In this document: positions 27,027-39,400 of the stretch, one piece after another
How the letters are laid out: every line of letters starts with the position of its first letter
How positions within the stretch are numbered: the first letter of the stretch is position 1
Source: an uncultured virus (IMG/VR IMGVR_UViG_3300008113_000017)
Taxonomy: Duplodnaviria > Heunggongvirae > Uroviricota > Caudoviricetes
Length of the DNA stretch: 64,000 nucleotides
Reading direction: 5' to 3' (one strand)
Virus record (IMG/VR): IMGVR_UViG_3300008113_000017
The notes under the pieces: model-generated
What the model was told of the DNA's origin: nothing
The model's database searches: none
Seen by the model: only the letters and a program-made list of their open reading frames with translations
Translations under genes and position numbers: made by a program

Positions 27027-30000
27027 TATGTTAATCCGTTTCCGCTAATAATCCATGAAGTGGATGTGATCTTTACTGCAGTAGCCATACCAAATGGAGC
27101 AAGAGTACGAGATCCTGTAGTTCCAGTACCTGCTAAATACATGGTATCAGAAGTAATAGCAATAGTCATAGTTGCACCCGAGCCAGCAATAAACGTAAGT
27201 GTTGTGCCGATAGGCAGTGCAAGGTTTGTGTTTGAGTTGATTGTCACTGTGCGAGTAGCAGAAGCGTAAATATGCTTACCTGCATCTGCGGCTACAATAG
27301 TGTAAGAGCCAGTTGTTGTTGAATTTTGTGGAAGACCCATAAAACCTGCACCAGCTGCGGCGGTTGAGGTTGTACCATCTAGTGGGTTTGGGTCTGTTCC
27401 ATCCGCATTTACGATGGTTCGTGCTGAACTAGAAGTTCCACGATATTTTAGAGCACCAGATTCAACAAATAGAACACCGCCACCGCTAGGGTTGGAAGAC
27501 GGAACAGTTCCAGCATTAGCTATACCAATAACACCGGATCCTCCACCGGTTCCTGCAGTTCCAGCAACTCTAAGGTTTCCCATAGTAGTTAGAGTTGAAG
27601 ATGTTAAGAAAGATCCGTCTGCAGTTATATAAGCTCTAACGGTACCATCTGATATTTGCCATTGTTGAATATCGGTAACCTGGCTTGCTGCAGCGCGAAC
27701 AATTAAGCCTACCGTTGCGGCAGATCGAGAAACAGACGAGGCTTGGGCATAAACTCTAACTGTTCCAGCAACAGTTTGAGATCCAGTAGTGGTGTTTGCA
27801 TAAGTAAAGCTTGTAGTTGTTGGGGTAGAAGCAACAGAAAAAGTACCGTTATATCCAGTTGGAGTAATTCCAGCAACTGTTACAATGTCACCAACAGCCA
27901 AGTTGTGGTTGTTTGTGGTAGTTATGGTTGCTGTAGTTCCGTCTCCAGAAGTGGCCGTTGTTGCCCCACCTGTTGATGTAGTCAACGGTGCAATAGATCC
28001 AGTAAAGATTTGTCCTACACCGCTACGTCCACCAACAATAGCGGCAGATCCATCCTGGTAATCAACAAGATTTGCTGTAATAGCTCCAAATCCACGCACC
28101 ATAAAAGGTCTTTGAGCAGAAGAGTAAGCTTGAACAGCAAGATAAGCACCGTTACCAGGCTGCGCTGTGAGATTTCCAAAAAATGCTCCGTTAGGTGCAT
28201 TAAGAACATCAAATGTTCCCTTACCAGTCTGAGATACCGAGGCAACCGTGCTAGGAGCGCTTGTCTGCCACTCTTGGAGATTGACTGTCTGACCGCTTCT
28301 ACCGCGAACAATTATGCCTTGAGAGCCAGTAGCCCTAGTTTGAACGTTTAAAGCCGCGCCATAATCAGCTGCACCATAAACATATGTTTGAGCGGTAGTA
28401 AATAAAGTTGAATTAGTAAATAAAGCTCCCGATGACGCAACAGAAAAAAGTGTTGTGTTACCGCTATTATCTTGTCCAACTAATAAATCAGCTGATTGAC
28501 TAGCTGCCCCACGAATAACAACACCAATACGAGTGGATAATTGACTATAAACGTCCAACTGGGCGATAGGAGCAGTATTTCCAATACCAACCTTAGCTGC
28601 AGCGTCAATGCTAATTGCTTCACCCAGTGCTCCAGTCGGAGCGAGTAAAGTTAGTCTTGGATTACCGCTTCCATCTGATTTTAGATACAGTCCTGACTGC
28701 CATAGATCAGATGTGTTTGATAAGAGTATGCCCCTTGATTGGTTGGCTGCGTTTGCTACTGGTTTTAGTGTTAGTGCGCCTGCGCTTGTAACTAACGCAA
28801 CAGTAGTCGCTGTTGTACCATTCCAAGTTTGCCACTGCTGTAAGTCAGCAGTCTGACCATTAGCACCACGAATAATAGCCCCAACATTTGTTGTAGATGT
28901 GGAATAGACACCTAACTGAACTCCAGAAGCTGAAGAATTAAGACCAATAGTCATATTGCCAGAAGTCAACATGTTGTTGAAGTTTTGGTAGAAACCGTTG
29001 TGAGTAATTGTTCCTGCAAAGAAAGCTCCTCCAGCAGCATCCATAGTTATAACAGCGGAGCCACCAGATCCTTCAATTCTAAGCATGTTAACACCCTGAT
29101 TAACAGCTGCTCGAAGTATGAAAGGAGTGGTAGCAGCCGATCTAGCAACAATAGATGCTTGTGCATCAATTGCAACGGTACCAGCAACAGTTTGAGCACC
29201 AGTAGTTGCGTTGTTATAGGTAAAACTTGTTGTTGTAGGAGTTCCAGTAACAATATATGTTCCGTTATATCCTGTTGGTGTTACACCTGCAACGGTAACC
29301 CTATCACCAGAAGCCAAATTGTGGTTTGATGTAGTTGTAATTGTCGCGACAGAGCCTGTACCAGAGGTTGCAGTAGTTGCACCGCCAGTAGATGTGGTTA
29401 GTGGTTGTGCTGAACCTGAGAATAACTGACCATTAGCGTTTACACCACCTAAAGTAGTTCCGCTAGAGTTCAGTAAAACGCTTAGATGGTTTACCTGCAA
29501 AGCACCGCCACGAACCGCAAGACCCCAAGTATTAGCAGAAGTCTGGACACCAAGGAATGCCAAACCTACAGATATTCCACCAAAGTTTCCAGCAGTTGTA
29601 GAATTAAAACGACCAGAAGAGTCAATGCTTGCTAATGTAGTTGCTGTACTTCCGTTCCATGATTGCCAATCTTGCAAGTTTCCTGTCTGTCCACTAGCAC
29701 CACGAATAGTTACTGGAACCGTAGCATTTGTTGAACCAGTTATTGGCTGGACAAACAATCTATTAGAAGAAAGTTGACTAAAGTTTTCAACAACAAAGTT
29801 AGAAAATGTTGCAGAATCATTTACTGGAACATAGATAGTTCCTGTAGTAGATCCAGCATCCAAACCAAGATAAGTTTTTCCAGAAGGAGTGTAGCTTTCA
29901 GTTGTGTTATTTTGAACAATTTTTCTTACTTTAAATGAAACTACTCTATACACGTCTGGCTGACGTACTTGAATTTCATACAAAGAAGAACTTGTTTTTA

Positions 30001-33000
30001 CAACACGAACGTAGTTTACGCTTGGACCTAAAACAACCGCAGCAAGTACGTCATCTTGAGTACCCATGCTTCTTGTAATTTTTACATAGAATTTAAAAGT
30101 CTGAGGGGTATTTGAACTTCCAGCAATTCCATAATTATCAAAGTTATCTACAACATCAACTTGATAAGATGCGCCTGTGTATAATCCAGTAGGAGCTGTT
30201 ACCTCTATTAGTTTTTTCCAAGCAGTGTCAGTTGCACCTGCGGACTCCACCGCGTAGTCATAAATAGTTGTCCCACCTGGAATATACATTCTTCCAAGGT
30301 AATCAACCTTAGATAAAGTTTCAGGAGTTGCCGCATTGTTTTGCCATCTTTGAAGATCTGCGCTTTGGCTAGTAGCCCCTCGAACAACTAATCCAACTGT
30401 TCCAGAAGCATCCGTATAAACAGATAATGTTCCAAGCTTTGTATTACTTTGGCCAACTACTACAGATCCATCTGCAGCCCACGCGCCTCTAGCATTTCCA
30501 GAACCATCGTATGCCCTAATAAAAGGACCGCCATTCATAAAGAAGTTTATGCCAACTATAGATGAGCTAGAACCTCTAATTTCTACGGTTGGGGTAAATC
30601 CGCCCCAAGCGGTAGGTGTACTAGAAACACCAAAACCGCTTGTCGTAGTACTTGTAATAATTCTTCCAATGGTATTTACACCACCTGCACCAATAAACTG
30701 AGCACCTGCAGTAGAGCCAGTGCTAGACATATTGTCTATAAGACCTTCTTCTACACCAGCTGTTCCAGTTCTAGCAGCTAGTTTCAAAGTTCCAGCAGTT
30801 GTCCCGTCTTCTACGTAGAATCGAGCAAAATCAGCAGCCGGGTTAGTTACTGTGGACGTAGTTTTCTTCATTGCAAGAAGTGCTCCACCAAAAGCTGCTT
30901 CAAATGAGCCAAGAGATCCATTAAGAACCCAGCCAACGCTCCAAGCATAGAAACTGGTGTCTACCCTCACCTGTGGAGACCCACCGCTATTTTGAATTTG
31001 GAATACGTCAACAGTTGGAGTTAGGGGAGCTTTTACAATTAAAGGCGTTTGGCCAGAATTACTGGTTGTGTTAGTTACAGGACCGTAGAAAGAACCACCA
31101 GCTCTAGGCATCATGCTCGTTGACCACATATCAGAATTAAAGTTATATGCCCACAAATGTTGAATTCTAAGTTGAGTGCTATTAGGGCTAGAAATCGTAT
31201 AGCGAATCTGATTTATACCAGTAGCGTTTCCATTTGTTAAACCAGAAACAGCAGCAAATATATCTTCACTTGTATTAGTTGTAGTAGTAAATACAGTTAC
31301 CCAAGAACTACTATCTAAAGAAAAGACTTCAATAGTCACGCTGTTAGCTCTAAAAGTAGAACTACCAAAACTAAGACCCACCCATGTTCCATAGGTTAAA
31401 GTTCTAGGTAGTGGGACAGTAATAACTAGTGGAAATGTAAATCCACTTGTTGGGCTGATGTTAAAGAAACTTGCTGTGCCATCAAACATGGCATCCCAGT
31501 TAGCATTTGAAATACTGTAAGAAACACCATTTTGTGTTGCACTTACAGTTGATCCACGAAGCCTGGCATTAGCCATATCATTTGCCAAATAAGCGTTATA
31601 CATAAATCTACCTTCTGGATTATGTCCAGCAAAGTAGCTGCTACCATACAGGTTTGATGATGTATTTGTTGCTAAATAAAGGTTTGAGTCGCTAGATCCA
31701 TCAGCCTTTAAAAACTGGCTAGACGTTCCACCAGATTTTACAAAAGAAGTTCCGCTAACAACACCGGTGCTGCTAACAAGTCCACGAATGATCGGCTGAC
31801 CAGTGTATGGAATGTACATCTCCGGAACGTATGTGGCAATGACTCCGCTATCAAATGATAGAGTCCCAGTGGGAGCAGTAGTAGTTGAAGCAGGGTTTTT
31901 ATAGATTATCGTGCTGCTATCAATACCGTGGGTTATATTGTAAGAAAATGTAGTGTACTGCCCTGATGAAGCTTGTAAATACACCGACACCGATCCATTA
32001 GTTTCGGTGTAAGTCACAATACGAGCAGACACTCTTACTGTTCCCTCTAAATAGTATCGGTATGTAAAAGCATTTCTATTGCTTAGTAGTACTCTTGCTC
32101 TTGCTTTAGCAACAGAACCCCAGTTATCATCAAGCACAGCGTCAACAATAATGTGATCAAATGTTCCAGCAGTAGATATAGGAAGAGTAGCAATTTTCCA
32201 GTATGTTGTTGAAGCTGGAGCACCAGAAGAAACGCTAAATCCATAAGCTGTTTTTCCTGGATACAAACCACCGGTAGCAGAGACATCTCCAGTAAAGTTT
32301 ATTGTTCCGTCAGCTGAAACTATATTTTGTGCTGATCCTGATGTTCCAAGATATTTTAGAGCACCAGTATCAACATAAAGAATACCTCCACCAGTTGGAA
32401 GAGATGCAGGTACGGTTGTAGCATTAGAAATACCAATTACACCTGATCCACCACCTAAGCTGGCAGATCCACCGCCCAGTTGAATATTTTTTAAGCTAGC
32501 AAGGGTAGCAACGGTTGATCCATCGCTGACAGCAGAAATAGTAGCCCCTTGCAACGTTCCAGTAGCTCTTACTCCCCCCTGAGGAGAGATATTTGCAATA
32601 ACAGTTCCGGAAGCATTTTGCCATTCTTGGAGATTATTTGCCTGAGTTACCGTAGCGGTACCACCAGAAACAAAAGCTCCAGTAGCAGCATTAGTTACTG
32701 TAAATGTTGTTTGTGATGGAACTGTAGCGATCGTAACGGACGTTAGGTTGTATGCTCCCGGGTTTACTCCAGTAATTGTTACAACGTCACCGGCATCCAT
32801 ATAATGAGCCGTAGACGTAGTGTAGGTTACTGTAGTTCCATTTCCAGAAACGTTCGATACAGTTGCAGTTCTAGTTTTTGCTTTTACAATAAGTCTTGTA
32901 TTTGTTCCTCTAGATTCTAATACGGTATTTTTTGCATCAGAGTTGAAGGTTGATAACCCAACTAAGTTAAAAATAACTCTTTCCGGATCACTGTTGAAAG

Positions 33001-36000
33001 AAAAATAACTAGCAGAACCAGCCGGGCCTCCAAGATATAAATTTCTAGTAGTGGAATCAAAGCCAATTCCAGCCCAAGAGTTGTAGTTCCAGTTATTACC
33101 ACTTTCAAATCTAAGTTGATTTAGATTTCTAATATTTATTTCTTTATTGCCTTGATACCCTAAAGTAGTAGTCCCAGGAAGATTTAAATATGGAGTAGAT
33201 CCGCCAGTCGCATTTAGAGTGAGACTTGTGGATATAGTTGGGCTAGTAGCAAGAACAACGTCTCCAGTTCCAGTGTAAGTACTAAAGTCTGTAAGACCAG
33301 CTTCCCAGTTGGCTGCACCGGTTCCTGCGGTTGCAATACAAGTAACCATTGCAGTAGTTCCAGGAATAATTGTAAATACTAAGTTTCCACCAGAAGAGTT
33401 AACTGTTAAGTTAGCAGTGCTGTTGTTAACAATGTGGAATGTCCAACCAAGAGCTAGGGTGCTAGTTACAGGAAGAGTGATCGTTTGAGCAGTACTTCCA
33501 GTGAATTGCTGATAGTAAGTGCTACTGTTTGTTAGAACTACTGGAGTTCCAGATGTGACCGTGGTAGTAAAGCCAGTCAAAGCTGTCAAAGATGCAGAAG
33601 ACGTTGTAGATGTCAGGTTTCCGCTAGCATCTACCTTCACAAATCCGGCAGTACCACCAGATAAAGCTCCAACCTTAGTAAGAGACGAGTTAACTACGCT
33701 AGATCCTAGGGTAGTTGCAGTTAAAACAGAAGTTCCAGCAATGTCGTACGAAGTTCCAGGAGAGACAATGTCTATGTCCTGGTTTGAAGTCCAAGCATCA
33801 GTAGCATTGTACCAATTCCAAGTTTTATCCGGAGCGGTTCCCTTTACAGTAATACCTGCGCCATCGGCCAAAGCATCTGATGGGGATGCTGTACTTGCAA
33901 GTTCAATATTTTTATCATCAACAGTAATGGTTGTGGAATTTACAGTAGTTGTAGTTCCATTAATAATCGTGTTTCCGTTAACAGTCAAAGTTCCAGCAAC
34001 TACAACGCCAGCAGAAGTTACTGTCAATCTATCGGTATTTACGTCTGTATATCCACCACCAGAAACTACAAACTTTTTAGATTTTATTTGAACAACAGAT
34101 TGACTAGAAGACTCGTCCCAGTATCCAGCAATAAGGGCATATTCTTCAGCAAAAACATAATCAGTTAAACCGGAGTGATATTTTTTATTAGCAATTAGCT
34201 CAAAACCAGAATCCCTATCACCAGTAATAGTTTTTAAAGACGATACGAGATCTACATAATCTCCACCATTATTTATGTATCTATATGTACCGCTAGTAAC
34301 TGTCAAGGTTTCATAGTCAGTAGGGAGAACTACCTTTGATGCTAAAGAATCAGATGTAGTTACATTAGGAGAAACAAGCATAGATCTGCTGAAATTAGAC
34401 TGCTTAAATCCAACGTAATTAAAGTAGTCTAAAGATGCAGTTTGAGTGTCAAGGTCTACGTTTATCCACTGTTTGGTGCCTTCAATAGAGGCCTGAGCGG
34501 GGTCGTAACTTGGAACTAGATCGGTTGTAGAGTACCATCTAATATTTGGAAGGCTGCCTCCAAAAAAGCTTTTATTAGTTGTGGATACGTATAAGTTATC
34601 TATTAAATATGAAAAACTAGTAATCTTTGTTGGAGATCCGCTAACATAACCCGCTCCATTGTGGGTATACATCCAACCAGGGATATCTATGTAGATATCT
34701 GCTTTGCTTGCATAGTTAGTGCTGTCAAGAGTCTTATATTTAATTGCAAGTTTATTTGCATCAATAATTATTGAATTAGATTTTTCCATATACGGAATGC
34801 CAATAGCCGCATCATGGTACCCAAGTGAGTAAAGTATAGGGTCAGAAATTAAATATTTACCGGTTCCGGCGTCCCAAAGAGCTTTAGTTTCTACAGATAA
34901 AACATCATAAAGATTTACAGTAGACCCGTTGCCAAAACGTAGTCTAATATCAGAAAGATTAAATGCAGCGTTTGTAACTGTATAAATATAGGCAGACCGA
35001 GTTCCGTAACCATCATCTCCAAGATCCACAGTTGTATTTGGATTACGTATTTCATCGACTGCAACAAGAGTTACATTGTCTTCAAGAGTATCCGTAGTGG
35101 TGTACCCAGAATCTATGTAAAAAGTAGTAGAACTTGGAGCAGGAGAAGACAAGACCGTCTGTGTTCTTGTATAACCACCAGTAACATTTTTTCTAGTTAT
35201 GCGTCCTAAATACTCTCCAAGAAGAGAGTCAAACTGGACACCGTCAAAATCTAAAAGAACGGTGTCTCCACCAGACAACCCGTGGGCACCAGAAGTGTCA
35301 ATTTGCCAATATAAAGCTCCACCAGGGCCGGCGTATCTTGAAACAGACGTAGGGACCGATCTGGTTGATGTGTACCTAGGAAATACTGTAAGACCTAAGT
35401 ATAAAACTCTACCAAAATCATAAAGATTGTACTGATCGCCAACTGTGTAGTCTAATTTTCCAGAAAGATATGTAGATAACGCGCTAGACCAAATAGCCCT
35501 ACCACCGTAGTTGCTATCGTATTGGTATTGAGGACCAACTCCACCATCATTAAATTGCTCAGTAGCAAAAGTTATTCCAGCACCAGCTGTCCAAGAAGAC
35601 GTGCTGGCTATTCTAGATCCTCCGGAGTTTATGTACTCAAAACTTGGATTTTCTAGTAAGTTTACATCTTCAGCTGAAACGTAAGCAACACCAGTATTTG
35701 AGAAGTACCCATAGTCAAATTCAGATTTTGAGTAATCACGCAAATAAAGACCAGCGACATCTTTATTGTAAAAAGTTACATAGCCCTGAGACTCCGAATC
35801 AGCTACATCAGTGCCGGTGTTGCTGTAGCTAATAGTTCTATAATCTACATCAGTTACCTGTACTTTTTCACCGTTTGAGTTAAATGTAGTGTCATCTTCA
35901 AGACCAACAATTATGTAGTCCCCAACAAGAATGTCATGACCTTCAATTGTTAGAGTAGCAACGTTACTTGTACGACTTTTTCTAGTAACGTCGTACGGGT

Positions 36001-36436
36001 CTGGAGAATAAGATTTAAATAGTGCAACATAACTACCTGAAGTAACGTCTTCATCGTTATCACCAAATCCAGAGCTTTCAAGAAATGTTCCAAGAAGCGT
36101 GGTAGATCCGATCACACGAGTAACTGCTGGGCTAGAGATATTCCAATAACCAATTGCACCGGCATAGGCAGTTATATCACCACGAACAACTACGCTTCCA
36201 AACTCAGCATCACCGTTACCACTGATTCTCCAACCAGCTTCTCCAGCAATGTAATTACCACTTTGTATGGCTTTTTGAATAATCTCTAGTTCTTCAGCTA
36301 GAGCAGATTCACTGACGGCATTAGCAGCAATTGAGTTCGAGTACTCGGTTCTGTACTCCGAGTAACGAGATTTTTCATCTAAGTAATTTAGATAAGAACC
36401 AATACTACGATTTCTAGAAAGTCTATTACTACCCAC
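27026..36436 (-). CDS. Giant modular tail fibre/adhesin (3136 aa)
   Basis: GNYIAGEAGWRISGNGDAEF anchor; G/T/S-rich; repeated RG...Q.ADLQ.WQ modules; C-terminal WIISGNGLT. Confidence 0.9.
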   Translation of the reverse strand: MGSNRLSRNRSIGSYLNYLDEKSRYSEYRTEYSNSIAANAVSESALAEELEIIQKAIQSGNYIAGEAGWRISGNGDAEFGSVVVRGDITAYAGAIGYWNISSPAVTRVIGSTTLLGTFLESSGFGDNDEDVTSGSYVALFKSYSPDPYDVTRKSRTSNVATLTIEGHDILVGDYIIVGLEDDTTFNSNGEKVQVTDVDYRTISYSNTGTDVADSESQGYVTFYNKDVAGLYLRDYSKSEFDYGYFSNTGVAYVSAEDVNLLENPSFEYINSGGSRIASTSSWTAGAGITFATEQFNDGGVGPQYQYDSNYGGRAIWSSALSTYLSGKLDYTVGDQYNLYDFGRVLYLGLTVFPRYTSTRSVPTSVSRYAGPGGALYWQIDTSGAHGLSGGDTVLLDFDGVQFDSLLGEYLGRITRKNVTGGYTRTQTVLSSPAPSSTTFYIDSGYTTTDTLEDNVTLVAVDEIRNPNTTVDLGDDGYGTRSAYIYTVTNAAFNLSDIRLRFGNGSTVNLYDVLSVETKALWDAGTGKYLISDPILYSLGYHDAAIGIPYMEKSNSIIIDANKLAIKYKTLDSTNYASKADIYIDIPGWMYTHNGAGYVSGSPTKITSFSYLIDNLYVSTTNKSFFGGSLPNIRWYSTTDLVPSYDPAQASIEGTKQWINVDLDTQTASLDYFNYVGFKQSNFSRSMLVSPNVTTSDSLASKVVLPTDYETLTVTSGTYRYINNGGDYVDLVSSLKTITGDRDSGFELIANKKYHSGLTDYVFAEEYALIAGYWDESSSQSVVQIKSKKFVVSGGGYTDVNTDRLTVTSAGVVVAGTLTVNGNTIINGTTTTVNSTTITVDDKNIELASTASPSDALADGAGITVKGTAPDKTWNWYNATDAWTSNQDIDIVSPGTSYDIAGTSVLTATTLGSSVVNSSLTKVGALSGGTAGFVKVDASGNLTSTTSSASLTALTGFTTTVTSGTPVVLTNSSTYYQQFTGSTAQTITLPVTSTLALGWTFHIVNNSTANLTVNSSGGNLVFTIIPGTTAMVTCIATAGTGAANWEAGLTDFSTYTGTGDVVLATSPTISTSLTLNATGGSTPYLNLPGTTTLGYQGNKEINIRNLNQLRFESGNNWNYNSWAGIGFDSTTRNLYLGGPAGSASYFSFNSDPERVIFNLVGLSTFNSDAKNTVLESRGTNTRLIVKAKTRTATVSNVSGNGTTVTYTTSTAHYMDAGDVVTITGVNPGAYNLTSVTIATVPSQTTFTVTNAATGAFVSGGTATVTQANNLQEWQNASGTVIANISPQGGVRATGTLQGATISAVSDGSTVATLASLKNIQLGGGSASLGGGSGVIGISNATTVPASLPTGGGILYVDTGALKYLGTSGSAQNIVSADGTINFTGDVSATGGLYPGKTAYGFSVSSGAPASTTYWKIATLPISTAGTFDHIIVDAVLDDNWGSVAKARARVLLSNRNAFTYRYYLEGTVRVSARIVTYTETNGSVSVYLQASSGQYTTFSYNITHGIDSSTIIYKNPASTTTAPTGTLSFDSGVIATYVPEMYIPYTGQPIIRGLVSSTGVVSGTSFVKSGGTSSQFLKADGSSDSNLYLATNTSSNLYGSSYFAGHNPEGRFMYNAYLANDMANARLRGSTVSATQNGVSYSISNANWDAMFDGTASFFNISPTSGFTFPLVITVPLPRTLTYGTWVGLSFGSSTFRANSVTIEVFSLDSSSWVTVFTTTTNTSEDIFAAVSGLTNGNATGINQIRYTISSPNSTQLRIQHLWAYNFNSDMWSTSMMPRAGGSFYGPVTNTTSNSGQTPLIVKAPLTPTVDVFQIQNSGGSPQVRVDTSFYAWSVGWVLNGSLGSFEAAFGGALLAMKKTTSTVTNPAADFARFYVEDGTTAGTLKLAARTGTAGVEEGLIDNMSSTGSTAGAQFIGAGGVNTIGRIITSTTTSGFGVSSTPTAWGGFTPTVEIRGSSSSIVGINFFMNGGPFIRAYDGSGNARGAWAADGSVVVGQSNTKLGTLSVYTDASGTVGLVVRGATSQSADLQRWQNNAATPETLSKVDYLGRMYIPGGTTIYDYAVESAGATDTAWKKLIEVTAPTGLYTGASYQVDVVDNFDNYGIAGSSNTPQTFKFYVKITRSMGTQDDVLAAVVLGPSVNYVRVVKTSSSLYEIQVRQPDVYRVVSFKVRKIVQNNTTESYTPSGKTYLGLDAGSTTGTIYVPVNDSATFSNFVVENFSQLSSNRLFVQPITGSTNATVPVTIRGASGQTGNLQDWQSWNGSTATTLASIDSSGRFNSTTAGNFGGISVGLAFLGVQTSANTWGLAVRGGALQVNHLSVLLNSSGTTLGGVNANGQLFSGSAQPLTTSTGGATTATSGTGSVATITTTSNHNLASGDRVTVAGVTPTGYNGTYIVTGTPTTTSFTYNNATTGAQTVAGTVAIDAQASIVARSAATTPFILRAAVNQGVNMLRIEGSGGSAVITMDAAGGAFFAGTITHNGFYQNFNNMLTSGNMTIGLNSSASGVQLGVYSTSTTNVGAIIRGANGQTADLQQWQTWNGTTATTVALVTSAGALTLKPVANAANQSRGILLSNTSDLWQSGLYLKSDGSGNPRLTLLAPTGALGEAISIDAAAKVGIGNTAPIAQLDVYSQLSTRIGVVIRGAASQSADLLVGQDNSGNTTLFSVASSGALFTNSTLFTTAQTYVYGAADYGAALNVQTRATGSQGIIVRGRSGQTVNLQEWQTSAPSTVASVSQTGKGTFDVLNAPNGAFFGNLTAQPGNGAYLAVQAYSSAQRPFMVRGFGAITANLVDYQDGSAAIVGGRSGVGQIFTGSIAPLTTSTGGATTATSGDGTTATITTTNNHNLAVGDIVTVAGITPTGYNGTFSVASTPTTTSFTYANTTTGSQTVAGTVRVYAQASSVSRSAATVGLIVRAAASQVTDIQQWQISDGTVRAYITADGSFLTSSTLTTMGNLRVAGTAGTGGGSGVIGIANAGTVPSSNPSGGGVLFVESGALKYRGTSSSARTIVNADGTDPNPLDGTTSTAAAGAGFMGLPQNSTTTGSYTIVAADAGKHIYASATRTVTINSNTNLALPIGTTLTFIAGSGATMTIAITSDTMYLAGTGTTGSRTLAPFGMATAVKITSTSWIISGNGLT

Positions 36437-39400
36437 GTTTATCGATATCCCATTCTGGCACTAGGTTAAGAGTTACTTTTTCGTTAGATTCAGTTCCTTC
36501 TGTAACTGCAACCTTAATAGATTCTATCTTTCTTAAAATAGTGTTACTTCTAGGCTCTAAGCTACTATTTAAACGTTTTTGAATAAATTCATCGCGAATA
36601 ATAATTTGACACCAATCACCTGGGTTATATGTTCCTACAGCCGGATCAACAGTACCGTTTACTTCAATAGAATATTCTCCCATAGGAGGCCTCGACTCTG
36701 CCAAAAATCTCTCAGCCGATCTCTGCAAATCTCCTTCAACATCAAAATTACCCCAGTTATCAAGATTAATTTGGTTATACCCAACTAAAGGCCAAGTAAC
36801 TTTTTCACTGCTTTCTAATAAAGGCCACCCGTCCGCTAGCAGTTCGTTGGCTGAAGCCGCTGCATATCTAGCTCCAGCGTCTCCACCTCCAGATCCCTTA
36901 CCATCTCCAACTACAAACATACGAGTCACACCATTTTCTGCGTTTTCTTGTAGAGTAACATCGTTGATGTTTCCAGGATATTCAAATACTAGTTTGTCGG
37001 CACCAAAAGCGCTCACAGGAGCGTAAGCTCCAGGAGCCAAAGGGTTAGCCAAAAGATAGGTAGTTAGAGTAGTTGGCGTCCTTGGAATTAAAATAAATTG
37101 ACGTTTAAATACATTTATACCGGCAACATTTTCAACAGAGCAATCAATTCTGTAATCAAAACCATCCACGCTGTTTGAGTACTTTTTTAGAAGATCTCCA
37201 ACATTTGTTAAGGCACTACCAATCAAAGGAGCATTAATAATCTGTTTTTGACTGTAGTTGTTGTTGTTATAAGTTATTCCACCAATACCAGCGTTGTTTG
37301 GGAATTCACCATATGTCCTTGAAAATGCAGTAGGTATTTTAGATACAGATGCAGCTTTAAGAACAGTGCTTCCAGAAGGAGCAGCAGTTTTTCCAACAGT
37401 TATAGATGTAGCACCTGTAAAAGTGTAAGTTATAGTGTCTGCCGTAACTGATGTAATTTGAACAGGAATTCCAGCATTATTGTAGTTAGCTAAACCTTTA
37501 ATGAATACAGTAATAAACTGATTAGCTACAAATCCGTGCTCATCACCATCAAAATATATAGTCCTATTCACACCGGCAGATGAGTAGTGAGTCGGGTATC
37601 TGACAACCCCAAAATTTGTATATACAGCAAAAGCTGTACCAGTAGCTACAGTAAGAGAAGGCACAGCCGTTCCAACACTTGTGTAAGTAAATGTAGTAAT
37701 GCTAGGAACACTTAACACTAATACTGGAGAATCTGAATTATTAAACGATGAATCATCCGAGTTGACAATCACTGTGTCCCCAACCACAAACCCGTGGGCA
37801 GCTGTTGTCCTTATTGTTGCAGTAGACCCAACTCGCTGTTTTCTATCGATAATGTAGGAAGTATTTGCGATCGGGGCCAGCTGAGTTTTAACACGTTTTG
37901 CAGTTCCAGCTGCAGCCTGCTCTTTTACATCTTTAGCACCCGCGCTAGTTGGCTGATATGAAAAAGTAGTAGCATTTGTTACAGTTTTAAGAACCCTAGT
38001 TCCATCATAAAAAGTATCTGCTTTTGCCATATTTAAAACTATGGTGTCACCGACCATAAACCCGTGAGGTGCAGTGGTAATTATTGTAATAAGGTTGCTG
38101 GCTTTATCATATTTTCTAGTTTTTAATTGAGCTATGCTTGACGGCTCTACAGTCATATCAAATTCAGGGTCAAACTGGAACCAGGTTTTAGGAGAGTTTG
38201 GGTCCATAGCAGTTACATATTTGTAACCGTCATACATTGGAGCTCCCCAAGAAGGGTCATCTACACCTTCTACGTAAACATAGTCTTCTTCCAAAAAGTT
38301 TAAGTTGTATCCGTCATAAACACTAATCTCTAAAACTTTTCTAGATACAGAAAACTCAGCATATGAATTTTTTACAGTAACTCCTGATGCACCACCAAGA
38401 GCGGATCCAGTGTTTGAGTAACTAAAAGTCTTATCAGTGGGAACAGCAGTAATAGTGACGGCCGTTCCACCGGCATTAAACTCTTTATATTTATCTTCAA
38501 TTTTCATTAAAACTAAATTACCAACAGAAAACCCGTGTGGATATTTTGTAGTTATTGTTGCAAGATTAGACGCTCTTCTAACTTTAGTTACCGCTCGTTT
38601 GTTAGTTTCCGTAACTCTTCTACTTTTTACAGGATAATAAGTACTTGTTAATGCAGTACTGTTTACAGCTAAAGTACTTATAATTCCAGTCAAATCAAAG
38701 GTAAACGTATTAGAAGATGGTACATCTAATATCTCAAAAGTACCATTTAAGTCAGTAGCAGGAGCACTTAAGTTAACAATCTCTACTCTTTGACCAGCTA
38801 TAAGCCCATGATCATTTAGAGTAGTTATTGTTGCGATCGAGTTTTCAACTTTTCTGTAAGTAATAGTGTTTGCATCTCTAACACCCGGAGCAATTAATTC
38901 ATTTGCAAACTCTGTGTCAATAAAATCTGTAAATAATTCATCAATAATGTCTCTAACATACTGGTACGTATCAACTTTTGCAGTTACTGTAACTTTGGAA
39001 TAAAAACTTCCTGCTCTTGTAGGCAACTTAGGAATTTTTACATAAAAATATGTACTTGTTGGGTCTAAGCCACCGCCAGATAAGACCTCATAAAATCCAC
39101 CGTACTGAGCGTATCCTTGCTCACCAAAACTTATGTAAGCTTTCACTTTTGCACCGCTACCATCCAAAGTAGGCATTGTGTAGGTTCTATTGGTAAAAGT
39201 TATTTTTGTATTTCCACCAGCAACAGTTTTTTCTGCTTTTGCCTCAAGACTGTAATTAAAAGTTTTCCAAATAAGTCTGTGCTCCAAGTAACTTGTTAGT
39301 TCAGAAGCATCAACAGATAACTCTCTTTTAGTAACTTTATAATCTCTTGCCCAGATAAGACCGCCCCAAATACATACGCCATTACGAAGAACGTACAAAG

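Noticed and set aside
27026..36436. Diversity-generating retroelement target in the fibre
   Set aside because: No reverse transcriptase in the window; duplicated blocks differ at synonymous sites rather than only at adenines
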